DNA of 64,000 bases from a virus (Duplodnaviria; Heunggongvirae; Uroviricota; Caudoviricetes): IMG/VR virus record IMGVR_UViG_2700989400_000004, positions 1 through 64,000 of that record. One strand, given 5' to 3'. The notes under the pieces were generated by a model. The model saw only the letters and a program-made list of their open reading frames with translations, ran no database searches and was not told the origin of the DNA. The translations under genes were made by a program, and so were the position numbers. Positions 1-8,988 of the stretch are shown one piece after another; position 1 is the stretch's first letter; each line of letters starts with the position of its first letter.

Positions 1-201
1 TCATCGTCTCGGTTTGTCCGGTTTCCGCCACTGATACGGCCTCACAACATCATGCTGGTGGCGTTCCTGTTGCAGCACAACGGAAACAGGCACTGAACAC
101 CTGTTAATTTTGCTTCGTGGCGGCTTGATTCCGGTAATGCTGCGGATCATCTCCAGCAAATCGGCTTCGGTGATGGTCATGGCTTTCCTGTCAGCACTCA
201 T
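1..201 (-). CDS. hypothetical small protein
   Basis: Complete 66-codon ORF with stop at 1-3; internal ATG (MTITEADLL) preceded by GGAAAG; no motif recognised. Confidence 0.25.
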   Translation of the reverse strand: MSADRKAMTITEADLLEMIRSITGIKPPRSKINRCSVPVSVVLQQERHQHDVVRPYQWRKPDKPRR

Positions 202-229
202 ATCACATTAATACGTTCATTACGATGGA

Positions 230-814
230 TTATCCCGTTTTAGTGACTAACCATTGCAGAATAACGATAATTAAATATGTTAATGTACCAGTTCCAAGAA
301 GTATTAATAATTGATAACAACGTAGAGCAATATTACTAATCGATTTTTGCATTACGATATTCACTAACTCAGCCACACACTCTTTAGATCTTATCGATAG
401 AATGCTTGGAACTTCTCTATTTATTGATAATATTTCACATTGAATAGACTCACCTGGTGCGAGGCTTTCAAGCCTGATAATATAGCGACCATCCTTTTCA
501 ATATTTTCTTCAACATGGTGGACAGGCCAAAAATTAATATGCATTGGCTTATAGTTAAAAACCAATGATATATTAGTAGCACTTTCTCGCCCTTCATTAA
601 CAAGAATAATCGATCGTGTATACACCAATTGTGAGTTAGATATTACTTCACCACTGGTGTCCCGTAATGGTTCATGAACAAGAAAAGTAAATCCATGCTG
701 ATAACCATAGGATAACTTTGCCTTGCTTTTAAATCTGTTATTCAGCATCCATGTAAAAATAGCAATAAAAAAAGAAAATATTTCTTTCCCATAAAGACTA
801 AAAAAACTCATCAC
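230..814 (-). CDS. hypothetical membrane protein with hydrophobic segments at both termini
   Basis: 194 aa ORF in markedly AT-rich DNA; hydrophobic N- and C-terminal stretches; no family recognised. Confidence 0.45.
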   Translation of the reverse strand: MMSFFSLYGKEIFSFFIAIFTWMLNNRFKSKAKLSYGYQHGFTFLVHEPLRDTSGEVISNSQLVYTRSIILVNEGRESATNISLVFNYKPMHINFWPVHHVEENIEKDGRYIIRLESLAPGESIQCEILSINREVPSILSIRSKECVAELVNIVMQKSISNIALRCYQLLILLGTGTLTYLIIVILQWLVTKTG

Positions 815-929
815 AAACTTCCCTCAGTAACCTGATTCTGTTGTTAAAGTTACCAGCACTATAGTCATTCATTCACATTGCGACAAGAAGGTTACAGCAC
901 GCTCAATCACACCTCAGAAAATCTTAGAG

Positions 930-1146
930 AAGGTTGACACACTTGACACTTTTCCGCGAAAAACCTTAACAAAACTTAGCATTTCTAAGCATGGCAACTT
1001 GACACTTTTCGCGATTTTTTCTGCTTTTTGATGTGGCAAACATGGCGCAAGACCAGTAATGACGGGGCTTACAGCGAGGTTGACACTTTTTCGTGTTCAG
1101 AGTGTAAAGTGTCAACCTTGCAAGCTGCTCAACTTGACACTTTTTG
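930..1146. repeat. cluster of TTGACAC(TTTT) repeats: five direct copies plus one inverted
   Basis: Direct copies near 933, 943, 999, 1080 and 1134; inverted GTGTCAA at 1110; seen directly in sequence. Confidence 0.6.
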
Positions 1147-1152
1147 CGGCCG

Positions 1153-1695
1153 TTAATGACCTGTTTTCTCCCATTCAGCCAGGGCGTTTAGTCCTGCCTC
1201 GCTCCATGATTCAAGTTCATCAGGATAATCACCTGCAACATAGCAGAGTTCACAGCGCAGCATACGAATTGCCAGCCTGGCATTACCCCGCAAATTGTAT
1301 TGTTCAAAGTAATGCTGTCCTTCATCATCCTCAAGGCAGATAGCACCATCATCAAGAAAGTGTGCTTCCCAGCCTAATTCCCCGGCTGCATCCTGCACAC
1401 ACTGCTTTATGTCATCGTCCGTTACTGGCGCAGGAATTTTACCGTCTCTGTCCCTGACAGCTTTCCAGAACTCGCCCCACGTCATTTCCAGCGTTCTCTC
1501 AGGCCACATTTCAGAAACAGTGTCTTTTCCCTGTGATGGTGGGCTGTTTCGCCACTCTGTCGCCTCCATATCAATTTTTTTACCCGACATGACCACCTCG
1601 CCTTTCTCGATCCAGTCGTAAACTGTCTGGCGGCTTACACCTTTGTATTTGGCGTATTCGGCTTTACTCATCAACATGTGGCTCACCTCATGCAT
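1153..1695 (-). CDS. helix-turn-helix DNA-binding protein (Nu1/excisionase-like N-terminal HTH)
   Basis: N-terminal MSKAEYAKYKGVSRQTVYDWIEKGEV resembles winged-HTH of small-terminase/excisionase-type proteins; start uncertain. Confidence 0.45.
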   Translation of the reverse strand: MHEVSHMLMSKAEYAKYKGVSRQTVYDWIEKGEVVMSGKKIDMEATEWRNSPPSQGKDTVSEMWPERTLEMTWGEFWKAVRDRDGKIPAPVTDDDIKQCVQDAAGELGWEAHFLDDGAICLEDDEGQHYFEQYNLRGNARLAIRMLRCELCYVAGDYPDELESWSEAGLNALAEWEKTGH

Positions 1696-1776
1696 ATACG
1701 ATAAACATTCACTTCATGCGAAAAAGGAATTCGTTGTGGGTATGGCGGAGAGGGGCAATCACCGCCCCTTGCGGAT

Positions 1777-2049
1777 TCAGTTACGCCAGGATGGCTGGCT
1801 AAGCGTGGTTTTCATTACATCGTTGACGACCTGTTTTACGATTTCTGTGTTGGCAGTCGTGCTTTCAACATCAACAAAACCATAATCGCCAATTTCCACC
1901 GTCAGAGATTCCAGTTTTTTCCCCAGCGCGTCTGGCAACTCTCCACTGAACCGGTGCTGAAGATTTTCCACCAGCAACGCCCTGAATGCCTCGCTGTTCT
2001 CTTTTTTCTGCCATAGCTGGCGTTTATCCACTCTGATATTTAATTTCAC
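1777..2049 (-). CDS. hypothetical acidic protein
   Basis: 90 aa ORF; start overlaps stop of upstream small gene (ATGA). Confidence 0.35.
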   Translation of the reverse strand: MKLNIRVDKRQLWQKKENSEAFRALLVENLQHRFSGELPDALGKKLESLTVEIGDYGFVDVESTTANTEIVKQVVNDVMKTTLSQPSWRN

Positions 2050-2213
2050 AGTCTCACCTCTTTAAGTGCCTTATCCATCAGTTGCCGGGCTATAACATGA
2101 ATTGACGGTGCCACACCAAGCACAGATTTCTGACGCTCTTCGTCCTGGATGCGTTGCAGGGCTTCGATCTGCCTCCGGGAAAGTAAAACTGGCTTTACTC
2201 CGTGATTTTTCAT
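2046..2213 (-). CDS. small ribbon-helix-helix-like protein
   Basis: 55 aa from internal ATG; beta-strand then two helices pattern (KPVLLS / RRQIEALQRI / APSIHVIARQLM). Confidence 0.35.
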   Translation of the reverse strand: MKNHGVKPVLLSRRQIEALQRIQDEERQKSVLGVAPSIHVIARQLMDKALKEVRL

Positions 2214-2302
2214 GATGATCCCTTCTGAATGACAATAATTGCAATTATTGCAATTATTGAAATGATACCAGAGACAATTGCAATAAATGAAACGAAAAGC
2301 AT
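2210..2302 (-). CDS. small hydrophobic peptide (30 aa)
   Basis: MLFVSFIAIVSGIISIIAIIAIIVIQKGSS; AAGGTTGG Shine-Dalgarno upstream; stop overlaps next start. Confidence 0.25.
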   Translation of the reverse strand: MLFVSFIAIVSGIISIIAIIAIIVIQKGSS

Positions 2303-2491
2303 CAATAAACCAACCTTCGGCACTGAATGCTCTGATTTTTCTGCAAAGGTATGGCAGATGTTGGTGCATGCAAACATAAAGGCAATAGCAGAAGAAGCTG
2401 CGGGGAGTGAAAAGGGGAAGTTTTTATAAATACACGATTGTCGCCTCACTGCAGGTTAACAGCCACAAGCTCCATGATAATAACTTGTTAA

Positions 2492-2815
2492 TTATTTCAT
2501 CAGATTTTTCATTATTTGCGCGATTGAGTACACAAGCAAAAACTCGGCAGCCGCAAGAGTATAAAAAACATAAATTCGCTTAGCCCACCGACGATGAAAG
2601 AACTCCTCAGCATGGCCGGATGTTCGAGATACAAGCCATGCACCTACTGCACACAGAGCAGGTGCAATGAGCACAGTTATAAACCAGATTGTGATGCCCA
2701 TCCCATGCCTACTGATAATAGCCATTGGTATTGCAAAAATGAATGTTAGAGCAGCATTAGCTAATAGAATATCTTTTAAAGTATTTTCAATTAGTTTTGC
2801 TAGATTATCTTTCAT
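2492..2815 (-). CDS. hypothetical multi-pass membrane protein
   Basis: 107 aa, several hydrophobic helices, AT-rich. Confidence 0.4.
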   Translation of the reverse strand: MKDNLAKLIENTLKDILLANAALTFIFAIPMAIISRHGMGITIWFITVLIAPALCAVGAWLVSRTSGHAEEFFHRRWAKRIYVFYTLAAAEFLLVYSIAQIMKNLMK

Positions 2816-2844
2816 CTAATCCCCCACGTTGAACATTAATATAT

Positions 2845-2865
2845 AAAAGCCCCTTACTAAGGGGC
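2845..2865 (-). terminator. rho-independent terminator after lipoprotein gene
   Basis: GCCCCTTA/TAAGGGGC stem followed by T-tract on minus strand. Confidence 0.55.
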
Positions 2866-2879
2866 TTTGCACGGATTGT

Positions 2880-4022
2880 TTAAAGGGAACTTTTTTTCGC
2901 CCCTTCAATTTCTGCCTGACAAATTTCGTCATTTGTAAATGAGTACTGCAGATAGACATATCCCTGAGTGGAATTGTTCGCTCTGGCCTCAATAGATATA
3001 GTATCAATATTGTTTTTTAATGGTATTTCTTTTGTTCCCTTCCATGTGGCAGATAAGAAGCGTTCTTTTTTGTTTAGCCCCCTCATCCAGTCCTGAGGAT
3101 CTTTCCAAATTGAACCAGCCAGCAAAAAGTCTGTAGTATCAGCCTTTCCATACAGAGAACTTAAAGAATTACTCAATTCTTCAAACTTTGATTTAAGAGC
3201 CAATCCATAGCTATCAGTATCAATATTTTTTCCTAAAGCCCGTATTTGACATAAACCAGCTTTCGGGGAGATCAGCAAACCATACATTTCAAAATCTGCG
3301 TTTTGCTTCGGTAATTTATCAGAAGTATACAGATTCACACTGTCTGGTAGTGGCTTGAGCTTAGCACCGATCATATCTTCGATGTTTTTCTGTGTAAGAC
3401 CGGCTTCTAAGCCAAACGGACCATCCGCTGGCGGGAGTAAAGGAAGTTGCTCTTGGGAATTTTTGGCTGTTACTTCCGTTTCAGTACTGTTTTTTGCGTC
3501 ATTAGCTTGTACTGATGCCAGCTTAACTTCAGCGAGGCCATACTTGGCTGTGAGGTACTTTTGCTGCAACATTGCCATGGTCTGCTCTTCAGTGGCAACA
3601 GTAGATAATTTTAGTACCTTTATCAGACCACCACTATACTGACGAGCATCAGCTTTGGCTTCGTTGATTTTTGCATCTAAGCTGTCAATTTCAGTTTTAA
3701 TTGAAGCCGCAAGCTCAGGATCAGGTTTTACTCCAGATACAACAACATCAATTTTGGCACCTGATTCAATAGCATTAATACGCTGTTCCAAAAGCGCTTT
3801 ATTAGTTCCTAATATTTCCAGTCTTGCTGTTGTCAGATTTTTTATCAACCCACCAGAAAACTGCTGGTCAACTTCCTTAGCTGCTGATATTTCACCTTCC
3901 GTTTGCGACAGTTCAGCTTTAAGAGCAGCTACTTCCTGTTTCTGTTCTGGAGTTAACTCTTCTGGCCCACATCCGGTTAACATTACTATACCGACTAATG
4001 TTGCAATTAAAGTTTTATTCAT
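2880..4022 (-). CDS. lipoprotein with repeated QxxSGGLIK motif
   Basis: Signal peptide plus lipobox LTGC; 380 aa; two copies of (Q/R)Q(F/Y)SGGLIK. Confidence 0.6.
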   Translation of the reverse strand: MNKTLIATLVGIVMLTGCGPEELTPEQKQEVAALKAELSQTEGEISAAKEVDQQFSGGLIKNLTTARLEILGTNKALLEQRINAIESGAKIDVVVSGVKPDPELAASIKTEIDSLDAKINEAKADARQYSGGLIKVLKLSTVATEEQTMAMLQQKYLTAKYGLAEVKLASVQANDAKNSTETEVTAKNSQEQLPLLPPADGPFGLEAGLTQKNIEDMIGAKLKPLPDSVNLYTSDKLPKQNADFEMYGLLISPKAGLCQIRALGKNIDTDSYGLALKSKFEELSNSLSSLYGKADTTDFLLAGSIWKDPQDWMRGLNKKERFLSATWKGTKEIPLKNNIDTISIEARANNSTQGYVYLQYSFTNDEICQAEIEGAKKSSL

Positions 4023-4156
4023 ATCCCTATTCCAAATGAAAATATTCAGATTAATCTTATCAGGAACCCAGATGCAATTGAATATTCATCTGCTCAGCAA
4101 CGTAGTAGATTTCCTCAGAAAGCATCAACAAAAAACCAAGAGAATCCCATCCTCTG

Positions 4157-4444
4157 TTACTGACTACAATTGTTCTTTTTTTGGTATTTCCTGAATGCCT
4201 CACCATTGGGCTGATGTAATCCCATCCCGGCATGTGCCCGGCTGATGGTTTCGCGCATCTCCCCGAAATTATCCTGCCTTGCTGGTGGGCGTGCTGCCTT
4301 GTGGATACATTCCGCGCGACGTTTTGCCGCCTGTTCCCGTGCCTTGTCATCATTCGCCAGCATGATGACCTCAGCCCACCGCGCCGCCGCTCTCCGGTAC
4401 AGTCCACGCGCTTCCAGTGCTTCCGCTTTGCTGTCGTGAATCAT
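4157..4444 (-). CDS. PerC family transcriptional activator
   Basis: 95 aa; N-terminal MIHDSKAEALEARGLYRRAAARWAEV typical of PerC-like proteins of P4-like elements. Confidence 0.6.
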   Translation of the reverse strand: MIHDSKAEALEARGLYRRAAARWAEVIMLANDDKAREQAAKRRAECIHKAARPPARQDNFGEMRETISRAHAGMGLHQPNGEAFRKYQKKNNCSQ

Positions 4445-4998
4445 GCGCCTGTTTTCTCCCTGGCTGCCCGGCGCTGGCGTTTGCGCTTCTCATTCAGCGC
4501 CATCAGCCGCATTTCTGCCTCGTTCTGTTTCTGTGGTGTCACCTCGCCGCACGGCTGGCCTTTCAGGTCATAGCGCACCCCACCAGCCATTAAGGCGCGG
4601 TAATAGCGCGGACACTGCGCATAAGATGCCAGCGTCGCACGTAATGCCCCTGGACCGAATGCCAGCCCCCTGACGGCGATATCCTGCATCAGGTCGTCGA
4701 ATATCCCCACCTTAAGTGGCTTCGGTGCTTCCCGGCTGAATAATTCAGGCCACAACTCAGTGAGACGGTTAACGCGCCTGCGGTTTTTGCGCTGGCGTTT
4801 GGTCATATGCCGCCACGGTGTCGCCCCTGTGGGCTTCTGCTGCGCTTTCTGGTTACCGGGCATCACTTTATGTGCCGATGTGGTTTTATCCTGCTTCTGT
4901 GCCGCCTGCGTCGTTTTCTGCGGCGTGCCGTAAATACCTTTCGGTTTTCTGTTAATGGTCAGTTTTGTCATGCTCTGCCCCATCATTGTTGCCGTCAT
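4441..4998 (-). CDS. ProQ/FinO-domain RNA chaperone-like protein
   Basis: LKVGIFDDL, RATLASYAQCPRYYRAL and RYDLKGQPCGEV align with the ProQ N-terminal domain (LKIGIFQDL, RSALRLYTSSWRYLYGV, RVDLDGNPCGEL). Confidence 0.6.
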   Translation of the reverse strand: MTATMMGQSMTKLTINRKPKGIYGTPQKTTQAAQKQDKTTSAHKVMPGNQKAQQKPTGATPWRHMTKRQRKNRRRVNRLTELWPELFSREAPKPLKVGIFDDLMQDIAVRGLAFGPGALRATLASYAQCPRYYRALMAGGVRYDLKGQPCGEVTPQKQNEAEMRLMALNEKRKRQRRAAREKTGA

Positions 4999-5149
4999 AT
5001 CGGCACGTAAAAATAAAACAGTCTCATTGTCAGTTACCTGTCAGCTTTTATGCCTTTTCCGGGTGGGATGGCTGACAGTAGTCAATCGTAATACAAAATT
5101 TGAACAACCTTTTTTTCTGTACTCTATAAGGCGTAAAAAAACATTTTTT

Positions 5150-5430
5150 ACCGGGATATCGGGATATAAACAAAAAAACCCCATTTATTTCATAGCGTTA
5201 TGTGATTTTTCATATCCCGCCATATCCCGGTAAGTTTTTTTTTGCTTATGCATCAATAAGATATTGCGGGATACATTCCGGGATACGGTTATTTTGTTTG
5301 TTTTACAACCACTCGTAAACCTAAATACCGGGATACGGCGGGATACAGCGGGATACGACAACAACACATAAATAACTGATATTTATGCAATATATTTTTC
5401 ATATCCCGATATCCCGCATATCCCGCGATT
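5150..5430. repeat. iteron cluster, about 12 copies of CGGGATA in both orientations (putative satellite replication origin)
   Basis: AT-rich 300 bp immediately 3' of the primase gene; direct and inverted CGGGATA/TATCCCG groups near 5152, 5210, 5265, 5330 and 5400. Confidence 0.6.
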
Positions 5431-5457
5431 TTTGACCCTCTGCGAGCGTAGGTTGTG

Positions 5458-7590
5458 CTATTCGTCTTCTGCCTGATCAATCAGCACGATAAATCGCTGC
5501 TGTGTTCCGTTAATCTTCACTGTTTTCGATGTCCAGCGACCAGGTTCTGCACAAACCAGCATTCCGGCTTCTTCCAGCGCCTGACACCCAAAGTTCCTGG
5601 ATATACCGCATAAAATTTCGCTATCAAACACTGACGGGATAATGTGATATTCGGGTTTTCCATCCTCACGCTTACCGCTGACAAGATAGCCTGCAAGATT
5701 GCTTATACGGGATGCATAGTGGTTATCCATATCCCCATTGCTTTTCCCGTAGGTATAAGGCTGAAAACGACTCAGGGCATGGCGCTGAATAAAGTCACGG
5801 GCGCGACTGATGACCTGATATTTTTCCCGGTTTTCCAGCCCGAAATCCTGTAGCCAGTCATCAAAAGCCCGTTGCGTTGCTTCCCGGCATTCTTCAGCTG
5901 TCCAGCCAGTAATTGCGGTGGCAAGCTCTCCGGCTGCATCCAGCATGGCGAATCGCGATGCCACTCGCCTTACCTGTGACGAGGCATTTTCAGGCAGATT
6001 TCCCAGCCAGGCATTTTCTTTATCTGAAGTGGTGTTGATAGCCAGCTCCTTGTGAGCGGATAACCAGCGCACCCACTCACGTCCCGCAGCGCCACAATAA
6101 TTTGATGAAAGTCGCTTTATGGCCCTGGCATGTTGATCACCATCGTCATAACCGTTAAACACCGTTGTATCGGTAAAGGGAATGCTTAGCAGTCGCACCA
6201 GTTGCCCTGCCTTTGGGGCAATTCCCCCTTTTAACAGGAAGGTTTCAAAATCTTCTTCTCCGGTGCTTAGTGCCGCTATTTTCCAGCGCATTACCGCACG
6301 ATTACCGCCGTCCTTGCGCCCCTGAATCCTGCCCACACCGTTAAACAGGCTGTAGGCGGATTGCGCAATGTCATTAACCCTTCCTCCCTGACCAATTTCA
6401 TCAATAGGGATAAAACCGTCATTACGTGCAGCTGCTTCCACTGTCAGCCCGTGCCGGGTGGCATCCCACGAGAGTTTAAGCATTTCAGGGTCGCCATAAA
6501 GGCTGGTGGCGGCCTCCACAGTCGTGGTTTTCCCCGCTGACGACTGCGCGAAAAGATGAATACCAAAACAACTACCACCCACAAGGGAATTTAGCGGGGC
6601 TGCCAGCCCGACCAGCACCCCAAGCATCATTGAGTGATTGCCACGCATCAGAGAAGCAACATTATTTCGCCATTCATGCACCGTGCCCCTGACAATATAG
6701 CCTTTGATGGCGGCAGATCCGCCGCAGAATGCTACGGGACGGTCAGGCACACCAATCACCTCGCCATCAGGCATAACATAGGCTCCACAATGCCAACCTG
6801 CTGTTGATGTGACCTCCCACACCGTGCGATCTCCATGACGTTGCAGGTATTCCGCCAGTTTGTTCAGTAAATGGGCACTGGTAGTGATTGCAACTCCCCG
6901 CCCACGTAATCGCGCCCATCCTGCGGGCATACCGATTTCATTGCGCGGCATCGCTTCGTAAATAATTTTTTGTGTCCCTTCCGGGATCATTTCAATGATC
7001 AGATACGCTTCCCTTCCGTCGTTACCAATACCTGCCGTGCGCATCCGGTCACTCAGCCAGGTTTCTTTATAATTCATCTCCTCTGCCCTGGTGTTGGGGA
7101 TTGGCTCGATATACCAGAGCGCCCCGTCTTTTTCGGTAATATGCGGTTTCATGGGGTCTGTTTTACCGGGTGATCCACCAGCTATTCCGATTCCTTCAGG
7201 AATGGTTTCCCCGCGCTCTGTCTGTTCGCGGATCCGTTGCAGGTAGTCGCGCCAGTTCTCCGGCTCCCGGTCGGTGATGCCTTTGTATAATTTCGCATCC
7301 TGTACGCCAGCCAGCGCCAGCTTTTCAGCGATAGCATTGATCTGGATTGGCTCTATCTCCCCCGCGATATAAACACGCGCAAAGCGGCGCTCATCGTCGA
7401 TAATGCGGATATTAGCCAGATCTGCCAGTTGCGTTGGCCCCAGGTAAACAGGTGGCACGTTATCGCCGTGTTTTCGTCCTTCGCTTTCAATCCAGTGTTG
7501 AGCATGGGCGTAAGCATCCGTCCCGGCAAAAATGATTACCTCGGTGAATTTATCCTTTGGCTGATATTTTAAATTCGGTGCGTTTTTCAC
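5458..7590 (-). CDS. primase/helicase replication protein (Toprim plus NTPase, P4 alpha-like)
   Basis: 710 aa; Walker A-like AQSSAGKTT; domain order typical of satellite primase-helicases. Confidence 0.8.
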   Translation of the reverse strand: MKNAPNLKYQPKDKFTEVIIFAGTDAYAHAQHWIESEGRKHGDNVPPVYLGPTQLADLANIRIIDDERRFARVYIAGEIEPIQINAIAEKLALAGVQDAKLYKGITDREPENWRDYLQRIREQTERGETIPEGIGIAGGSPGKTDPMKPHITEKDGALWYIEPIPNTRAEEMNYKETWLSDRMRTAGIGNDGREAYLIIEMIPEGTQKIIYEAMPRNEIGMPAGWARLRGRGVAITTSAHLLNKLAEYLQRHGDRTVWEVTSTAGWHCGAYVMPDGEVIGVPDRPVAFCGGSAAIKGYIVRGTVHEWRNNVASLMRGNHSMMLGVLVGLAAPLNSLVGGSCFGIHLFAQSSAGKTTTVEAATSLYGDPEMLKLSWDATRHGLTVEAAARNDGFIPIDEIGQGGRVNDIAQSAYSLFNGVGRIQGRKDGGNRAVMRWKIAALSTGEEDFETFLLKGGIAPKAGQLVRLLSIPFTDTTVFNGYDDGDQHARAIKRLSSNYCGAAGREWVRWLSAHKELAINTTSDKENAWLGNLPENASSQVRRVASRFAMLDAAGELATAITGWTAEECREATQRAFDDWLQDFGLENREKYQVISRARDFIQRHALSRFQPYTYGKSNGDMDNHYASRISNLAGYLVSGKREDGKPEYHIIPSVFDSEILCGISRNFGCQALEEAGMLVCAEPGRWTSKTVKINGTQQRFIVLIDQAEDE

Positions 7591-7877
7591 TTCTTACCTC
7601 CCGCAACCAACATTGCCCGGATTTTTTTAATATTCGAGGCTGCACGTCTTGCCACCGCCAATTGTTTGTTTTCCACCAGAATAAAATCACGCTCAAACTG
7701 ACGGCGCGGCATTACGCAGTCATATTCGTAAGCCTCACGGCGGTAGGTGATATTGCCTGGCGTAACGTGACGAATAACCACTCGTCCCCCACGTCTGGTG
7801 TCGCGGTAAATATCGCCAGAGCGAATTGCAGACCGAGAGAGGCCGCTGGCAGTAAAGCCAGAATTTTTCTTTTTCAT
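7587..7877 (-). CDS. hypothetical basic protein
   Basis: 96 aa ORF in operon with 4-nt overlaps. Confidence 0.4.
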   Translation of the reverse strand: MKKKNSGFTASGLSRSAIRSGDIYRDTRRGGRVVIRHVTPGNITYRREAYEYDCVMPRRQFERDFILVENKQLAVARRAASNIKKIRAMLVAGGKK

Positions 7878-7881
7878 GGTT

Positions 7882-8082
7882 TTATTTTCCTGTCAGCAGT
7901 TCCGGTTTTATTCCTGCACGAATACATAGTTCAGAAAAGCCTTCTACCGTACTTACAATTTCATTATTTCGCAGTCGGCATTGTGATTTCACTTTCCCTT
8001 TATCCAGGTAAACCAGTACGCGCCCGGTGAAATCATCTGGCACATTCAGGGTAATTGTCATTGTTGCTGGCTGATTACCCAT
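7882..8082 (-). CDS. hypothetical protein, one copy of FTGR...FSEL domain
   Basis: 66 aa; paralogous to the repeated domain in 8075..8440. Confidence 0.4.
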   Translation of the reverse strand: MGNQPATMTITLNVPDDFTGRVLVYLDKGKVKSQCRLRNNEIVSTVEGFSELCIRAGIKPELLTGK

Positions 8083-8440
8083 GACTTCCCCCCTGAATGA
8101 TCCGGTAATCGCAACGGGTCAGCAGTTCGCTAAATTCCGGCAGTGTTCCGAAACAGCAATCATCACGCAGCCGTTCGCGGGATACCTCGACGCCGTTTTC
8201 GTAGTGACTCACCATGCGTCCGGTAAAATGCAGATCATCATCGTGATGGTTCGTTAACGGCTTAATAAGTCGCGCACGTTCTGCCAGTTCCAGCAATGCT
8301 TCAACGCTTCCGGCAATTGCACCATCCGGCAGGTGATAATTACTTACCACGCGTCCATTCTCCACGTTAACCAGTAGCTGCTCGGTGAATTTCTCACGAA
8401 ACTGAATGCTGTTAAGGTCAGAAATTGACAGGTTATGCAT
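8075..8440 (-). CDS. hypothetical protein with two tandem FTGR...FSEL-type repeats
   Basis: 121 aa; internal duplication visible by eye. Confidence 0.45.
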   Translation of the reverse strand: MHNLSISDLNSIQFREKFTEQLLVNVENGRVVSNYHLPDGAIAGSVEALLELAERARLIKPLTNHHDDDLHFTGRMVSHYENGVEVSRERLRDDCCFGTLPEFSELLTRCDYRIIQGGSHG

Positions 8441-8798
8441 GGTGCACCTCCTGGCGAATACGGGCAGCGAATACCATCACGCAGCCATCAGGAGATTGCT
8501 GACGCGCTTCCTGTTCGCTGGTGGCCTCGATGTGAATTACGCGCGGTTGTGCTGTGCTCAGGGCGATAAAACGCCAGATAAAATTGTTCTCGCATTTCTG
8601 AATAAACAGCGTGTTTTCTTCGCGCCCTTTCCATGTTGCCGAGATATAGCCCATGTCATTGAGCATCTCGCAGGCATCAACCAGCGTATCAGCGGCTACG
8701 TGTACAGTGTTTTTACCGTCAGCTATGCAATCACGGTGCACCGCCAGGAAGGTGTATATAAATTTAGGGTGAGTTTGGGTATGCTGTGTTCCAGCCAT
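8433..8798 (-). CDS. hypothetical protein, first gene of leftward operon
   Basis: ATG at 8798 with GAGGT Shine-Dalgarno; 121 aa; same frame remains open upstream to 10019. Confidence 0.5.
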   Translation of the reverse strand: MAGTQHTQTHPKFIYTFLAVHRDCIADGKNTVHVAADTLVDACEMLNDMGYISATWKGREENTLFIQKCENNFIWRFIALSTAQPRVIHIEATSEQEARQQSPDGCVMVFAARIRQEVHHA

Positions 8799-8863
8799 AA
8801 TCGTTACCTCGTTTAACGGTTTGGTTAGACGCCCTGCATGTGTGCCACCACTGCGGGGCGTTG

Positions 8864-8898
8864 CTGTATATACACCACAATCATTAGTGTATATACAG
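8864..8898. promoter_or_regulatory. operator-like perfect inverted repeat CTGTATATACAC-N11-GTGTATATACAG
   Basis: 12-bp perfect arms seen directly; lies between divergent 8433..8798 (-) and 8989..9294 (+). Confidence 0.6.
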
Positions 8899-8988
8899 AT
8901 TAGATTTAAGTGTGCTACAGTGTCAAGTGTTTTATCAACACACCTTTTGGTGTAATGTGTACACACCTCAAAATAACCGGACATTCTG

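Noticed and set aside
3355-4194. Plus-strand ORFs opposite the lipoprotein gene (3355..3642, 3655..4194)
   Set aside because: Antisense, Ser-rich; no start signals.
5150-5430. Possible CRISPR array (also considered for 930-1146)
   Set aside because: Repeats are 7 bp with irregular spacing and mixed orientation, without uniform spacers; consistent with iterons or binding sites, not CRISPR.
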